This document shows positions 13,872 to 27,275 of a DNA stretch of 64,000 nt, piece after piece (position 1 is the first letter of the stretch; the number at the start of each line of letters is the position of its first letter). Source of the DNA: Moniliella sp. 'wahieum' (taxonomy: Eukaryota); NCBI GenBank assembly GCA_003971905.1, contig RSEE01000011.1:62001-126000 (forward strand), read 5' to 3'. The translations under genes were made by a program, and so were the position numbers. The notes under the pieces were generated by a model. The model made no database searches. It saw only the letters and a list, made by a program, of their open reading frames with translations, and was not told where the DNA came from.

Positions 13872-16452
13872 GTTCTCATCTCAACGATGGGGAAGAGGCG
13901 AGAGGCGCACGCCGACCCCCCCCCAGAGCTAAGGCTCGTTTACTTCTCCGGTTCGTGGGCCCTGTTCTGTGATCCGGTCGTATTGGATTGTGGTGTTTCG
14001 GGTAGACGGGTGTCGTGCCAAAGGCTGCACAGGGAGATGGGTGGAGCAGATAGTCGGCGAACAACACACGACAGAAAAAAATAGCATTTTGAAGATAGAA
14101 TCTGGCCCGGGGTGCTATTCCTCTGTCCTCTTTGGCGGTATACCCGTACTATAGACTGATGCCTGTGGTGCTTGCTGTATATCTGGGTTGTAAAGTGAGG
14201 TACTCGCATGTGTCTGGGCTTCTGTGCTCGGGCAGGGGTCAGATCAGAGACTCCTGACCACAACAGAGCGGCAGTACCTATTACACATCCCAGATGGATT
14301 CATCTAGGACGCTCACGACGTTTGATACATTAGTTCAAGCTTTAAGTCCTTCAAGCCCTCCTCCACTTTCTCCCCCCCGCACGTCCAAAACTCCGACGAG
14401 GGTTGCAGATCCCATACAGGGTTCCCCCTCCGATTAGGGTGTACACTTCTGACCCTTTAATTGCAACCAAAAACTCCCATCCGCCCTCAAGCTTCAGCGT
14501 CAGCACCCCAGTGCACAGCTCCGCTTCCGCCCTCTCCGTTGTGGGACTTCTCTTAGCTCGCTTGGGCGTATGGACTTTGGCCCCTACCTTGGCCAGCGCC
14601 TGTGTGTCGCGTACTCTCCCCGCAAGTACACCATCCTGAACAAGTTGCCTGCCGTGGGCGCTCGTACTGGATGCTTGCGACGGATGCCCGGGATTGGCAA
14701 GTAAGAGTTGGCCTGGCAACTGGCTGTCCAAGGGGTCCATCTGCTCCTTGCCTCGGGCTCCCCTTCCAAGCTGGCTACAACAGCCTGAGATGGAAGTCGC
14801 CACACCCTCTTGGCTCTCATACAGGGGGATGATGTGGGCCTCGGAGCATTGATGTACTGATAAAGCGACCGGACGCGTTTACAAAAAGAGCTCTTTGGGA
14901 AGGAGTTACCATCAGGCGCTATAATTAAAGGATGCCTCCCGCCCCGCACCTGATGTGTATCAGACTGAGACGCCGTACTAGAGGGCCCTTGGGCCACTAT
15001 AGGCCCGTATGGGCAGGATCGCGGTTCTGATCAGTTGGGTGACCCTGTATCCACCTCTCGACTATGCCCCCTTCCAGTTAGGAGGGACTTATACCTCCAG
15101 CCCATCCGTAGAAGTATCCACAATCCATCTGCTCCTCTTTCCTCCATCTCCTGTTTCATCCCGAAGACAATATGTGCATCATTTGAGGCTTGAACGTTGA
15201 ACGTTGAACATCTCATAGAACCTCCCTCATACGCGGGCATGGGACAAGGAACACGCGAACACGGGAGGATAGGCAAGCCGGTTTTGGATGGCAGTATAGA
15301 AGAGCGACTGAAGCGTTACGGAAGGCGGTATGGCCAGGTCTGGCCAGCGGGCACAGCCTGCCATTCCTCCCTTAGTCACTAGAGCCACTAGTCACACAGT
15401 CCCTAGTTGCAAGGTTACGGATGCGGTTAATTATAAGTGCCTTACTTACTGCACCGGCGGGTCCCCGCAGTGTACCCGCGCCGCGACGCTCAACAGCCTG
15501 AACCTCCATGCCGTGCTCCACGTGCGTGGAACGTACAAGGGTCAGGGTCAGGCTCAGGCCGGCCGATCAACCTCGTCAGCGCCGCCAGCAGACGCCAGCG
15601 CGCTAACCTCTGCCAACCTCGACCGACGGTGGTCGCGCCCGTGAGAACTGAGGCCATGAGGGCCTGAGGACCGAGTCGACGATCATCGATCACCATATAC
15701 CCGCCGCCGAGGTGTGGGTGGATAGGATGGGTTCCCACTGCCCCTACTGCGGCGAGCGTGTGCCGGGTTATGCATTATGGAGCTGCTCGTGCGAATCTGT
15801 GGCGCTTCCGGCAGGCGCGCCCCTTGCCGGAGTCGGGGTGTCGGCATGTGCACGTGACGTGTGCGGGTGCGCGCATGCACGCAGCCAGAGTGCCTCCGTC
15901 GTGCTGGGCGCTGCTAGGCACTGCGACGCACTGCAGCGCCCCCGCTGGCCACACTCGCCGGCTGCCGGGGCCACGCGGGTCACATGCCGCAGGCCGCATG
16001 CTGTGCGGCTTACGCCACATGCCAGATGCCAGTGCTCACCGCCCAGGAGCCACCTAGCCCTGGTCACCAGCGCACTAGCCCACTGTACCCACTGGTCACT
16101 GGCCACTGACTATAGTTAAACACGTGCTGCTCTGGAGACCTGATGGTACTGAGCAATCGTACGCCTGCATTATGGGAAACTGCTGCCTGCTATCGCCTCT
16201 CCTCTCCGCCCAGTCGGGCATCGTTGCCCGCACACACACATTGACAACATTTTCCCCGCTTCCTTCTGCCACTCCAACCCCCATCAACGCCAACGTTCAA
16301 CGTATACTCTCAACCCTTCCCCTTGCGCCTGTTTTCAATCCATCCACAACGACGTGCCTCCCTCGCTGCCCTCGGTGCCCAGCTGGAGCACCCCTTTCAC
16401 CACCGTTCACTCCCGCTCCAACCACCACTACCATTCGCAAAGGGCAGCTACG

Positions 16453-17481
16453 ATGCATACCCTCGCCCTCCTTCTCGCCTTACTCGTCGCCTCCGCCGCC
16501 GCCCTCGCCCATCTACCAGGCTACTATAACCCGTCCCTAGGAGGCGGCGACAATATGGCCCACTGTGAGTTTCTTCCACCCATTTCTTTTGCCTCCTTAC
16601 TTCGCAGCGTTGGCGGGCCATACTACACGCCAACGCGGATGGTGAAGATGACGTGTGCTCTGACTCCCGTTATTTGCGTGTTGTGTGTTCCCTTCAGTCC
16701 CCTGGAGCTATGTCCTTCTTGGCGAGCCGCTCAACGTTATCATTTCAGGGCATTCCGCCCCCTCGCTGCTCACTCTAAACGGTCTTTTGGAATGGGCCGA
16801 GCATTTGGGCTATGGGCGTGAAGTGCGTGCTTTCCCTCTCCTTCGTGCATCAAATGCAAGAAAGAGACGTACTGACATTCTGATCTTGCGTAGTGTTTTG
16901 GCTTACATGAGGGCAGCAAACAACAGGCCAATTTGGGGGACGGGAATGGGTGGCAGGACCAGCAGCTTGAGCTACGATGGCTGTATGGCAACAATCCCGT
17001 TCTAGGAGCATGCGACGAGACGTTCCGTGGTGGCAGCCACTTTCGCGCATACCAACAAGCAGAAACCAAAGCCTGGTTTCTTGCCGCGTCGAACGAGATG
17101 AACATTTTTACTCACCATCGCATCGCGGTACGTTTAGGGACCCCTTTGGATGGAGAATCAGGTGGGTATGACAGAGACTGACTCTAGGGACGTTTGGCTC
17201 TTTCGTCGACGTTATTTTACTTGGTGACAGACGGATGGATACGATGCGTACGTCTGCTTCTTGCTGCGATATACACTTCCATGATACTTACCCTCTTCTT
17301 TTTTCAGTGGCAAGACCAACTTGTCAGCAATGCCCAGAAGCTCGTGAAGTTCAAGGGGGAAAAGTACAACACGACGTTTCACTACATCGACGGTTGGCTA
17401 CCCACTGGCTCTCACAATATCCACCATCATGTAGCAATTGACGGACGCACAGCCGTGCTGACCATCGAGAAACTCCCATAA
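16453..17481 (+). CDS. Small secreted protein of unknown function, 5 exons
   Basis: Signal peptide MHTLALLLALLVASAAA; GT-AG introns at 16565-16697, 16823-16893, 17128-17230 and 17248-17307 join GEPLNVIISG / ECFGLHEG / ANLGDG / GGSHFR / DGRTAVLTI (one frameshift near 17310). Confidence 0.75.
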
Positions 17482-18910
17482 CCTTTGTTTTTGCCGCGGC
17501 ATATACCCACCTGTCTTCGTGCACGCCTCGACGGACCCTTCTCACGCGTCTATGACCTCGATGACGGGAATACCTCTTCACATCCTAATCCCCGGCTTTT
17601 TTGAGCATATGCTTATCATCTCTGTATTTTCACTTGTCCCACACCTTTTCAGTACATCACCAGTACATGCATTATGACTATTTACCATCACTATCGTTCG
17701 CCACTAATCTTCCTTGCCCCCACTATTACCTATACCAACATGCTATATAGCTCTACGTTTGTGTTTATTATTAGCTGTTCTGTTACCCGATCATACCCTT
17801 TCAGACGCACACTCCCATTTTTGTCGACATAGCTATGTCAGACTCACGCCATGCTAGGGGGCCCCAGGCCCACTATATATAGGCCCGAATGGGCACTATG
17901 GTGCATGATTCTCTTCATGTTAGGAGATCTTGTGTCCACCTCTCTATCGACTCTGCCGCCCTTCCTTCTGAGAGGTACATGTATCTCCAGTCCGTCCTTA
18001 GATGTATCCCCTCCATTTCCTCCCTTTCCTCCATCTCACGTTTCATGAAGAGCGAAGGGCAAGTACGGCTCTCTCTCTCTTTTGTGTCTCGATCTTCTCC
18101 GACTGCTACATCTTGTCCCTTTATCGGCGAGGTTCATATCTCAATCTCACAGCTTATATGCTGGTTTAATCAAGAGAGACCCGTGCCAGGTGATACGGCA
18201 AGAGCTGCATTTGGGCATATCCCCCGCATCAACTGCGTCAACGTTCAACGTTCAACCCATTAGTATACCGTCCTCTCGGAGAGATATATCAAACGTATTA
18301 TCTAGTCTCGGAGAGCGCTCGCGATTATTATAAGGGTGACTGTGCGGCATGCGATGGATGCACCATTGCCTCTCCTGGTGTTACGGTGTGAGGCCGAAGT
18401 TTTCCTGGCTGTACATCTGTTATGCCGCAGCACTCGGTATTAGTGCCACCCCGAAAGTGTTTTTGGCAATAATGAAGGGGTCTCTTGTGGGTAATATGAC
18501 CGAGAGAGTTGTATTTTTTCGGAAACTAAAGGTGCCCCTTCCTTCTGCCTTTTTACAGGGGCTTGCTTCCTCATGGCTGCCCGCGCAAGCTAGTCTGTGA
18601 GGATCAACTGTGCTTTCGACTTTTCACAGAGAGCGATGAACTCTTCGTCGTTGATGAGACGACGTACAACGCGGTGAACGCGTTGTCTCTTCCGCAACGC
18701 TTGGCGTGTCAAACGCGCAATATGAAAGTTTCCAGTTCTGGCCCAAAGCAAACAGCGGAAATACCACTGCTTAATTCCGCGCTTCGCCACCATCGTTGGG
18801 CACTTCAAACTGCCTCGTGCCTGCGGTAGATGAGATCGGCCACACCTCCACCCCGCACCATCTCGCCACCCCTTCCATCCTTCTGTCTCCTGCCATCCCC
18901 TGCGTAGACG

Positions 18911-20020
18911 ATGGACGCGACGCAGGCTGCGGGTCTGGTCCCCCTTGCTGGGACGCAGTTGGGGGCACCCGAACCCCATATCACCATTCGGCACATTGAC
19001 GCGGAGCGGGTGGATTTTATCCTCGAGGACTGCGATATGTCCTTCGCCAACTCGCTTCGCCGTGTTATGATTGCTGATGTGCCCACTGTTGCCATTGACA
19101 CGGTGGAGATCAGCGAGAACACTTCGGTGATCCCAGACGAGTTTCTTGCGCATCGCATGGGCCTCATCCCGCTCATCTCGACTGACACGGATCGGGTGCT
19201 GGTGGATGCCCGCGATTGCATTTGCGAAGAAGGATGCGAGCGGTGCACTGTCGAACTGACGCTTCACGTTCGGTGCTCCCGTTCCCAACGGGCTACCCTC
19301 GACGTGACCACGGCGGACTTGATTCGATCGGCGCTGGGCGAGCCGTACCCGGGCGATGAGATGATGAACAGCGAAGGTCCCTTCCCAGCCAACCCCAACA
19401 AGCATCCCGACTTTGGCAAGCCTACCTCGCAAGTCGGCACGGCGCAGCCCGCCATCCTGATTGCCAGGCTGGCTCCTGGGCAGGAGCTCAAACTGCGCTG
19501 CTTGGCCCGCAAGGGGTTTGCCAAGGAACATGCCAAGTGGTCTCCCGTCTCGGCGGTAGGGTTTGAGTACGATCCATGGAACAAGCTCCGCCACACTTCG
19601 TACTGGTTCGAAACGTCGGCCGAGGAAGATGGCCCTTGTCCCGCAACGCACCATTTGAGGAACGACCGGATCCGGATCAGCCCTTCGACTACAATGCTGT
19701 GGCCAACCGGTTTTTACTTTGATGTGGAAACGGTCGGCAGCATGTCACCCCAAGAAGTCGTTGAGACCGTACGTTTTCTCCCCGCCCTTTCTTCCAGTGT
19801 TGACCACCGACTGACGCGTTCCCTTTTTGGCCTCTGTCTCCTTCTGTAGGCACTGAACATTCTCGAGTCTCGTACTACCCAGGTGATTCAAGGGCTGGGT
19901 GTCCAAGGGCCCGACATGGCCATGGACACGGCCATGGGCATGAACGGGAATGGCCTCAACACACCCTATGCGCCCATGGCCGAGTCGAACGGATACGCCA
20001 ATGGTGCCATGGCCTACTGA
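18911..20020 (+). CDS. RPB3: RNA polymerase II subunit RPB3; intron ~19769-19849
   Basis: FANSLRRVMIADVPTVAID, ENTSVIPDEFLAHRMGLIPL, Zn site CICEEGCERC, KGFAKEHAKWSPV, FEYDPWNKLRHT. Confidence 0.95.
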
Positions 20021-21087
20021 TGTCGGGGTGGATGGCGGGGGGGAATGCACATTCGCCCAGTTGGGTGACCACAGTTGTCTGTGGCCATCTTGCCTCAAAA
20101 ATGTACTTGTTGCGCGAAAGAAGGGCTGGGGCCGATTGCTACACATATACTACTGCAGACAACCAATGTTTTCTAGAAAGGTATGGATTTCAGGAGCGGA
20201 TGTCCGACAAGCGTAATGACACGCCAACCCATGACGTGTGCAAGCACACGCGGGCTAGGTGCAAAGTGATGCTTGGCGAGCATGTTCTGGGCCACGCATG
20301 AAACTCGTACGCCAGTAGAGAGGCTGGCGACGAGCGATTAATGGGCCCATTACCTGTCCTCGGCACAGAAGAGAAGAAAAAGCAACGACAACGAGAAGGT
20401 TAGCAGTGTGTGCATTCGACATGCATTGCGATGCACTGGCTTGGGCTTGGTGGGAGGGTGGGCGGGGGGCCTGGATGGCCGAGGCGAGCGTGGTGGTTGG
20501 ACAAAGAAACAGAACCGGCTTGTTCAAGCTGAAATAAGAACAAAACTGGGCAGCCTCCACCGCGGAACGAGGCGCGGAACTGCATCACGTGCTGCTGCCT
20601 AAGATGCATGGGTCGTGTTCGCTAGGGTTAAATGGCGGGAGATGCAACTTTCAAGCTTCAAGCGCCAAAGACACTGATGATGTCATGCATACACTGCCCC
20701 TGCAGCAGGGCTGGAAGCCTGAATAGTGACTGCCCTTGTGCTCGCTCGCTTTGTCCAGATACAGGACCAGTGTCGCATATCACTCGCAGGCCTTGCCTTG
20801 TGCCCGTGCATGCCGGGGCCGGATTTGTCAGGCCCACAGGCCTGAGCTCAGGCTCAGGCTCAGAGGCTGGACCCATGCATTCGGTAACCGGTAATCGAGA
20901 AACAGGCATCATGCATCACTCATCAGCGGACATCAGTGCATCAGCTGCCATGGCCTGGCCCCCCTTCCCACCGCTTCCTGAGCCCGACCACCAGCAGGCT
21001 CAATCCACTCGCCTCCCTCCCCAACCTCGTTTCTGCATTTTCCCACTTCTCCTCGTCTCTCCTCAAGCGACTTACCCCAACGAAAGA

Positions 21088-22602
21088 ATGCCTCTCAAGT
21101 ACGAAGAAGTTGCCAAGCACACCTCGCGCGACTCGTGCTGGGTTATCGTGCATGGCAAGGCATATGATTTGACCGACTTTCTCCCCGAGCACCCGGGGGG
21201 AAGCAAGATTCTACTAAAGTATGCAGGCCACGATGCCACCAAGGCGTTTGACCCCATCCACCCTCCCGGCACTCTCGAGGAAAACCTACCAGCGGACAAG
21301 TGTCTCGGGCCGGTCGACCCGGCGACGCTTCAAGGTGGGGTGGCGTTGATCGACAGTGAGAAGCCGGGGGCCGAGGCAGGTAAAAAAGCTGAGCCCGACT
21401 CGCCTGACAAGGTACCTCCGCTGGGCAAGGTGCTCAATCTGTTTGATTTCGAGGTGGTTGGCCAGCGTGTGCTGGATCCCGCTGCCTGGGCCTACTATTC
21501 CTCGGGCGCTGACGACGAGGTGACGCTGCGTGAGAACTCGGCGGTGTTTGGTCGGGTTTGGTTCCGGCCACGCATCCTGCGCGACGTGTCCCACGTTGAC
21601 TTTTCCACTTCCATCCTCGGTCATCGCACCTCGCTTCCTGTTTATGTTACGGCCACTGCACTGGGTCGGCTGGGCCACCCCGACGGGGAGAAGAACCTGA
21701 CGTGGGCGTGTGGCAAGGAGAATGTGATCCAAATGATTCCCACCTTGGCCAGCTGCAGCATGGACGAGTTGGTGGAGGCGCGCACCCACGAGGACCAAGT
21801 CCAATTCTTCCAGCTCTATGTGAATGCGAACCGCAAAGTAACAGAACGGCTTGTACGCAAGGCGGAAGAACGGGGAATCAAAGCGCTGTTTATCACGGTG
21901 GATGCGCCGCAGCTGGGGCGACGGGAAAAGGATATGCGATTGAAATTTGACGATGTGGGCGCGCAAGTGCAGAATGACGAGAAGGAGGATGTGGACCGGT
22001 CGCAAGGCGCAGCCCGTGCTATTTCCTCCTTCATTGACCCTTCGCTCAGTTGGGATGACTTGCACTGGTTCAAATCCATCACCCGTCTGCCGCTCATCCT
22101 CAAAGGCGTTCAGTGCTGGGAAGATGCCGTGATGGCGGCCGAGGCTGGTTGTGCTGGCATTGTTATCTCCAACCACGGAGGCCGACAGCTTGACTTTGCC
22201 CGCTCGTCAATCGAAGTGTTGGCAGAGGTGGTGCCAAAGTTAAAGGAGCGCAACTTGTTCCCCTCCCCTTGCTTCCAGATCTTTGTCGATGGCGGCTTCC
22301 GCCGTGCAACGGACGTGCTCAAGGCCATTGCGCTGGGGGCAACAGCAGTGGGGATTGGGCGGCCGTTTCTGTATGCGTATTCGGCGTACGGTGCTGATGG
22401 GGTGGCTCACGCCTTGGGTTTGCTCAAGGCGGAAATGGAGATGAACATGCGCCTCCTCGGGGCGCGTACCTTGCGGGAGGTGACGCCCGACATGATCGAC
22501 ACACGCTCCCTTTACTCGCACATCAACCCCACCCCGTACTCGATGGGCTCCCAAATCTGGCAAGCACCTAGCCTGGCAGTGTCCAACTCTTCCAAACTGT
22601 AA
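21088..22602 (+). CDS. Flavocytochrome b2-like protein (cytochrome b5 domain + FMN-dependent alpha-hydroxy acid dehydrogenase), C-terminal SKL
   Basis: Uninterrupted ORF; haem-binding HPGG; AWAYYSSGADDE, FFQLY, TVDAPQLGRREKD, LKG, SNHGGRQLD, VDGGFRRATDVLKA, GRPFLY; ends SSKL-stop. Confidence 0.93.
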   Translation: MPLKYEEVAKHTSRDSCWVIVHGKAYDLTDFLPEHPGGSKILLKYAGHDATKAFDPIHPPGTLEENLPADKCLGPVDPATLQGGVALIDSEKPGAEAGKKAEPDSPDKVPPLGKVLNLFDFEVVGQRVLDPAAWAYYSSGADDEVTLRENSAVFGRVWFRPRILRDVSHVDFSTSILGHRTSLPVYVTATALGRLGHPDGEKNLTWACGKENVIQMIPTLASCSMDELVEARTHEDQVQFFQLYVNANRKVTERLVRKAEERGIKALFITVDAPQLGRREKDMRLKFDDVGAQVQNDEKEDVDRSQGAARAISSFIDPSLSWDDLHWFKSITRLPLILKGVQCWEDAVMAAEAGCAGIVISNHGGRQLDFARSSIEVLAEVVPKLKERNLFPSPCFQIFVDGGFRRATDVLKAIALGATAVGIGRPFLYAYSAYGADGVAHALGLLKAEMEMNMRLLGARTLREVTPDMIDTRSLYSHINPTPYSMGSQIWQAPSLAVSNSSKL

Positions 22603-23998
22603 AGCACCCAGCCCGCCAATCACGTCAATTGGCCATCACTGTGGATACACAGCTTGCTCAAGCAAGCGTTTCGCTTTGCCATACTTGAATTTCTACATCA
22701 CCACGCGAGCGTTGGGTGGGGTCGGGGGGGAGGGAGGGGATCACCATCTTTCCCCCCAACAGCTCCCATTTTTGGGGGCTTCATACCATCATTTCCCCAA
22801 CTCCATAGCTGGAATAGAAGGGAAAGCCTCATGTCGAGACGGGCAATGGATTGGACATGAGCTAGAATCTGGTCTGGTGATGCTGCGGACTTTCATATTC
22901 CTGAGGCGCTCAGCCGCTCAAGGGGGGTTACTGCGATGTGCTTACCAGTCCGAGGAAACCATGGCAGTGATAGCTTGCAGCTGCACCTCAGTACTCAGTA
23001 TCCTCGTCCAAAATCCTTTGGCAGGCCGAATGGTGGCCGGCGGTCACGTGATGCGTGCGAGCATCAGATGTGATATCGCACGCACACGTCCTTACTCAAT
23101 CACATCGATTGCGATTGCGACCTTGCGCCAGCTCGGCAGGCGGCATCGCGCATCCTCAATCCCTCGTCCTTCGTCCCCGGTCCGGTCACGAGCTCACCGG
23201 TCCGGGGCTGCTTGAAGAGTGACTAGTGAGTGCGTGTTGGCCTGAGGCACTGGGACGCAGTGGCAACGCCGCGGACATGGGGGCTAACCAGCTGAGCCCT
23301 GCTGTGGCCGTGCTGCGCCTCGCCAGGCTTGCCTCAGCGCCTCAGCGCACTAGTCACTGAGCTGAGCGCAGCCGCAGCGCCTCAGCCTGAGCAGGACGCC
23401 ACGCCCGGACCTGCAGCACCTCGCACTGCGGCAGCTACGGCACAGCGGCAGCGCACTGCCCCTGTGCGTCGGGGGTGGAACATTCGGCTAGCGCTGGCCC
23501 ATCGGCACGCATGTCGGCTGCCCCAGAGTGGCGCCATGCGTGGGCCGTCCGGGCGGCTGCGAGCAGATCGCACTAGTTCCTGGCGCGCCGCTGGCTCGGC
23601 TTCTTAGCTTCTTTGGGCATCTGATCGATGATCGACCAGATCACATCTCAGATCGGGCCAATGAGCCGGCGCTGTCCAGCACGGCGTCAGTGCTGCGTAG
23701 TGCGGCGTAGTGCTGCCCCGTGCTACGCTAGCCTACGCTCTGTTGTTTGCTGTGCCGTGCCACGAGCCAGGCAGACATCCGGCAGCAACCTGGGGCTGCC
23801 ACCGCCACCGCCTCCCTCGCCTCCCCCATCCCCACTTCTCCTTTGGCCAGCTCTGCGAGTAGCCTCTTTCCTACCTGCACTCCCACCCGCGTCCTGGCTG
23901 GCGTCCTGGACCTCCATCCCGCCTCGCTCTCACCAAGCTCTATCCGCCAAACTCACCTCACCATCTTTTTTTCACACCGAACGCGCCGTTTGGTAACA

Positions 23999-25236
23999 AT
24001 GAAGTTCGCTCTCTTCTCCTTCACTACCCTCCTCGCCGTTGCCCAGTCCGTCCAGGCACTCCATCTCGGCCTTGCATGGGCTGCCGACAACCATGGGCCC
24101 ATGAGATGGTTGGAAACCCCGCGGTCAACAGTTACCATCACTGGGAGGTGCGTTCTTCCATTTCGTCTTCTCTGCGACTTGTCGCTGAACCAGCCTGAAT
24201 TTTTGTGTGATAGATGGGCCACATTCCCCAGCTTTCCCACGCGGGTCTCCAGTTCGTGCCCACGCGCTGGGGGTACAAGAAGAACAAGGACTGGCCTCGT
24301 CTGCGTAGCCTGTTCCCCAAGTACCGCTACCTCCCTTTCCTTCTTGCTTATAATGAGCCCGATGTATCGTCTCAGTCCGACTACTCGCCTCAGGACGCTG
24401 CCGCGGCGTTCCAGCGTGAGCTTGCTCCCCTGCGTCAGTACGGCACCCGTATCTCCTCCTCGCCCCAGATCTGCTGGAACGCGGACTGGCTCGAGCAATT
24501 CACCCAGTCCCTCGCCAATAAGGGCGGGTACTACGATTTTGTCGCTGCTCATTGTACGTTCCCTTCCCTTGTCGTGCTTCCTGACCGATGGAGACAACGG
24601 ACTGACATTTCTTTCTGTTCTCGCCAAGACTACGGCAGCTGGAAGTCGATCGACCAGCTAAAGAGCTATGTTCAGGGCTTGCACCAACGTTTCGGCAAGG
24701 ACCTTTGGATCACCGAGTATGGAGTCACTGCTTCGTCCAACCCGTCCACTGCGCAGCCAAGCATTTATGATTGATGCTACCGAGTTCTTTGCCTCGACGG
24801 TTATGTCAAGCGTGCCTTCCCCTTCGGCATGTGGGCCACCCCTCCCGACAGCTTTGTTCGGCGCAGAACGCGGCGTTTTTCCAATCCGCAGCCTGCGCTC
24901 GCTCGGCAAATACTAACCGTGCGTACTCGGCCTCGAAGCGCTCGCTCTCCGGGCATCTCCTCATTCGCGCGTGATGCGCCGCCAGCGCAACCTTCTTGCC
25001 CGTCTTGCCCAGCCCGACCCTGCGGATGGGGAGAACTGGGACAATGTGACGGAGACAGTCCACTGCGACGAACAGTGCCAAGGCCGTGCTCATGGCTTGC
25101 CAAGATCAAGGATGCCCCACCTTTCAACAACGCCTCGGCTCGTGACCCGGCCCTTGACCATGACTACAAGCCCACCGTGCCTATTGAGGACTTTGTTGCA
25201 GAGCCCATCGCGGCGGACGACGACAATGACTTGTAA
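23999..25236 (+). CDS. Secreted glycoside hydrolase family 128 (Asl1-like, putative beta-1,3-glucanase); introns ~24148-24213 and ~24554-24628
   Basis: Signal peptide MKFALFSFTTLLAVAQSVQA, GLAW, YHHWE, catalytic YNEPD and LWITEYG. Confidence 0.8.
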
Positions 25237-27275
25237 TGTTGTTCGTCTTTGTGTGTCGGAACACTTGCCCGATCCTGCTTAATTTTGCGCTTCTCCTCGT
25301 TTTTGCTTGCACCTTCACGGCTTCCCACTTCCACCCTTCGCTACCTGATCTTCACTTGCACATTTTCTCTTCTGCCAGTCACGGTCTCTTCTTGCGTTAC
25401 GGCCTTGCCATGGGCCATACCTCCTGTCTCCCTTCTCTATCCGCGTCTTTCTTTTGTTGTTCCTTTGTGTCGGTTCTCGCCTGTGATTTGGCCCCAACTG
25501 TGTCGGTTTGGCCAGGCACAAGGGTGGTTCCCTTCCCAGTACAGGCTCCTGGTGGGCCCCGTCTTGGCGTGCTTTCATGTCGCCAGTGTTAGTACTGCTC
25601 CAATGACACTTTCTTTCTTTCTTTTACCTGCTGTTGTTTTGTTATATCTTTTTGACAACCTTGTGCATAGACACTTTGTCTGCGCTTCCTCGCCCTTCCT
25701 TCAATCCGTTCGAAGACCTGATCGAATGGCCCCTGCATTCGCTATGTCACTACATTCAGCCTTTACCCCTAGAGGCAGACAACCGTGCTGCTTTGGCGTA
25801 CGTGGTTCACCATGGTTACTTGCTTAACCTGGCTTGTTTGATTCATAAAATCAAGTGGCGGATTCCAAGTTGGAAAGATGGATCTCCCGTCATGGACCTT
25901 ATGCAGCCCCTCCATAACGCAGCTGCGGCCCTTTTGGAAAGGCTATACACCTTGCGAACACTTCATTCTCTCTCCAGCGTGGTGGGCTTGAGATCTGAAT
26001 TCCTGCCATCAGCACCGCATCCCAAAACCACAGTCCCAGTCCCTTTTAATCTGCCCCGGTTCCCATCGCATCACCTTGCTGCTGCCTCTCCCGAGCAACT
26101 GTTGGGACCCGCGGTCCCGTACATGGCCAAGGCGCCTTTTCACCCTTTGCCCCTTATTTGACCTCCGAAGCCTCCACGTGTATACTCAGGCTTGTTTGAA
26201 CCCCTGTTTCCTCTAGGTGTGGCATGAGGCTTAGACCTAGCTACCACCACCGCGATTGCATTGCTCTACATTTCCAGAGGTTCATCACCCAACCCTTTGG
26301 GTTCCTCCGGTCTTACAACAACATGTGAGGGGTTTTGGTGTGATCACAATCAGTCGTGATCGCGCTCACAACCGTAGTTTTTTCCCCCCATACGTGCTAA
26401 CGGCGCCCGGGTGGGGAGGAGTATGCTTCTTTTGTGCACGACGGGTGTGTTGGAGAAGGAAGTGGCAGTTGTGACAAATGTACAAGGGCGGGTGTGTGTG
26501 TGGGCGAAGAGTTTGAGAACAAGGCAGCAAGTCCACCGAGAGAACGCTCAGAATATTGGAGCGGTGGCTGCCAATGCGTCCGCATGCAAAGCAGAGACTG
26601 CCCTGTGGTGGGCTATCCACCTGGGCGTGGAGGATGGAGAGCTGATCCGATGAGTTGGGCCCCTTCCTGGCGAGACAGGGAATGAGGACAGGAACAACAG
26701 CAGGGTCGGGCGGACCTTTTCTTCAGCGTCGCGGCAAGTGGGCTGGAGTGGGACGGGGGCAGTAGCATGTGGAGGGGGGTGCGGTGTGGTTTCCTAGTAG
26801 TTACTAGAGTTACTAGGTTCCCAGCACATTGCACACGCAGACGTATCTACGCGTTTACCCCGCTTACCCCTCCGTGGGTGGCGCCAAGCCCGCGAGTGCC
26901 AAGCCCCCGTTGAAACATTGGGCGTGCCGGGCGGCTGCGTTCCGATTGTGTGCTATCGATCATCGCCCGTCGGGTGGCGCAGGGCCACCGTGTCAGGCAC
27001 GTGACTGCTGAGCTGGGCCTGTCTGCTGGGCACCGGTGACACTCACGCGTCGTAGCCGTGTCTGCCGGCTGGCCGGAGGCCCAACTACTTACGGCTACCG
27101 CGTCGCCCCCATCCACCCGCCATCGACCGCCCGCATTCTCGTCGACGCTCAACCTTCCGGGTGCGTGTTGGGCTCAGCGCGCAGCCCGCGTTCCACATCC
27201 ACGCTTCCGCCCACCACCATCACCACCACCACCCGCCCCGCACTGCTTCCATCGCTGCCACCTGGCACTGACGAA

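Noticed and set aside
20632..21087. 152-aa N-terminal extension of the cytochrome b2-like ORF
   Set aside because: No presequence-like character; overlaps promoter-type palindrome clusters and a pyrimidine-rich leader
25634..26161. 175-aa + strand ORF after the GH128 gene
   Set aside because: Non-ATG start, no recognisable domain, lies in pyrimidine-rich downstream sequence
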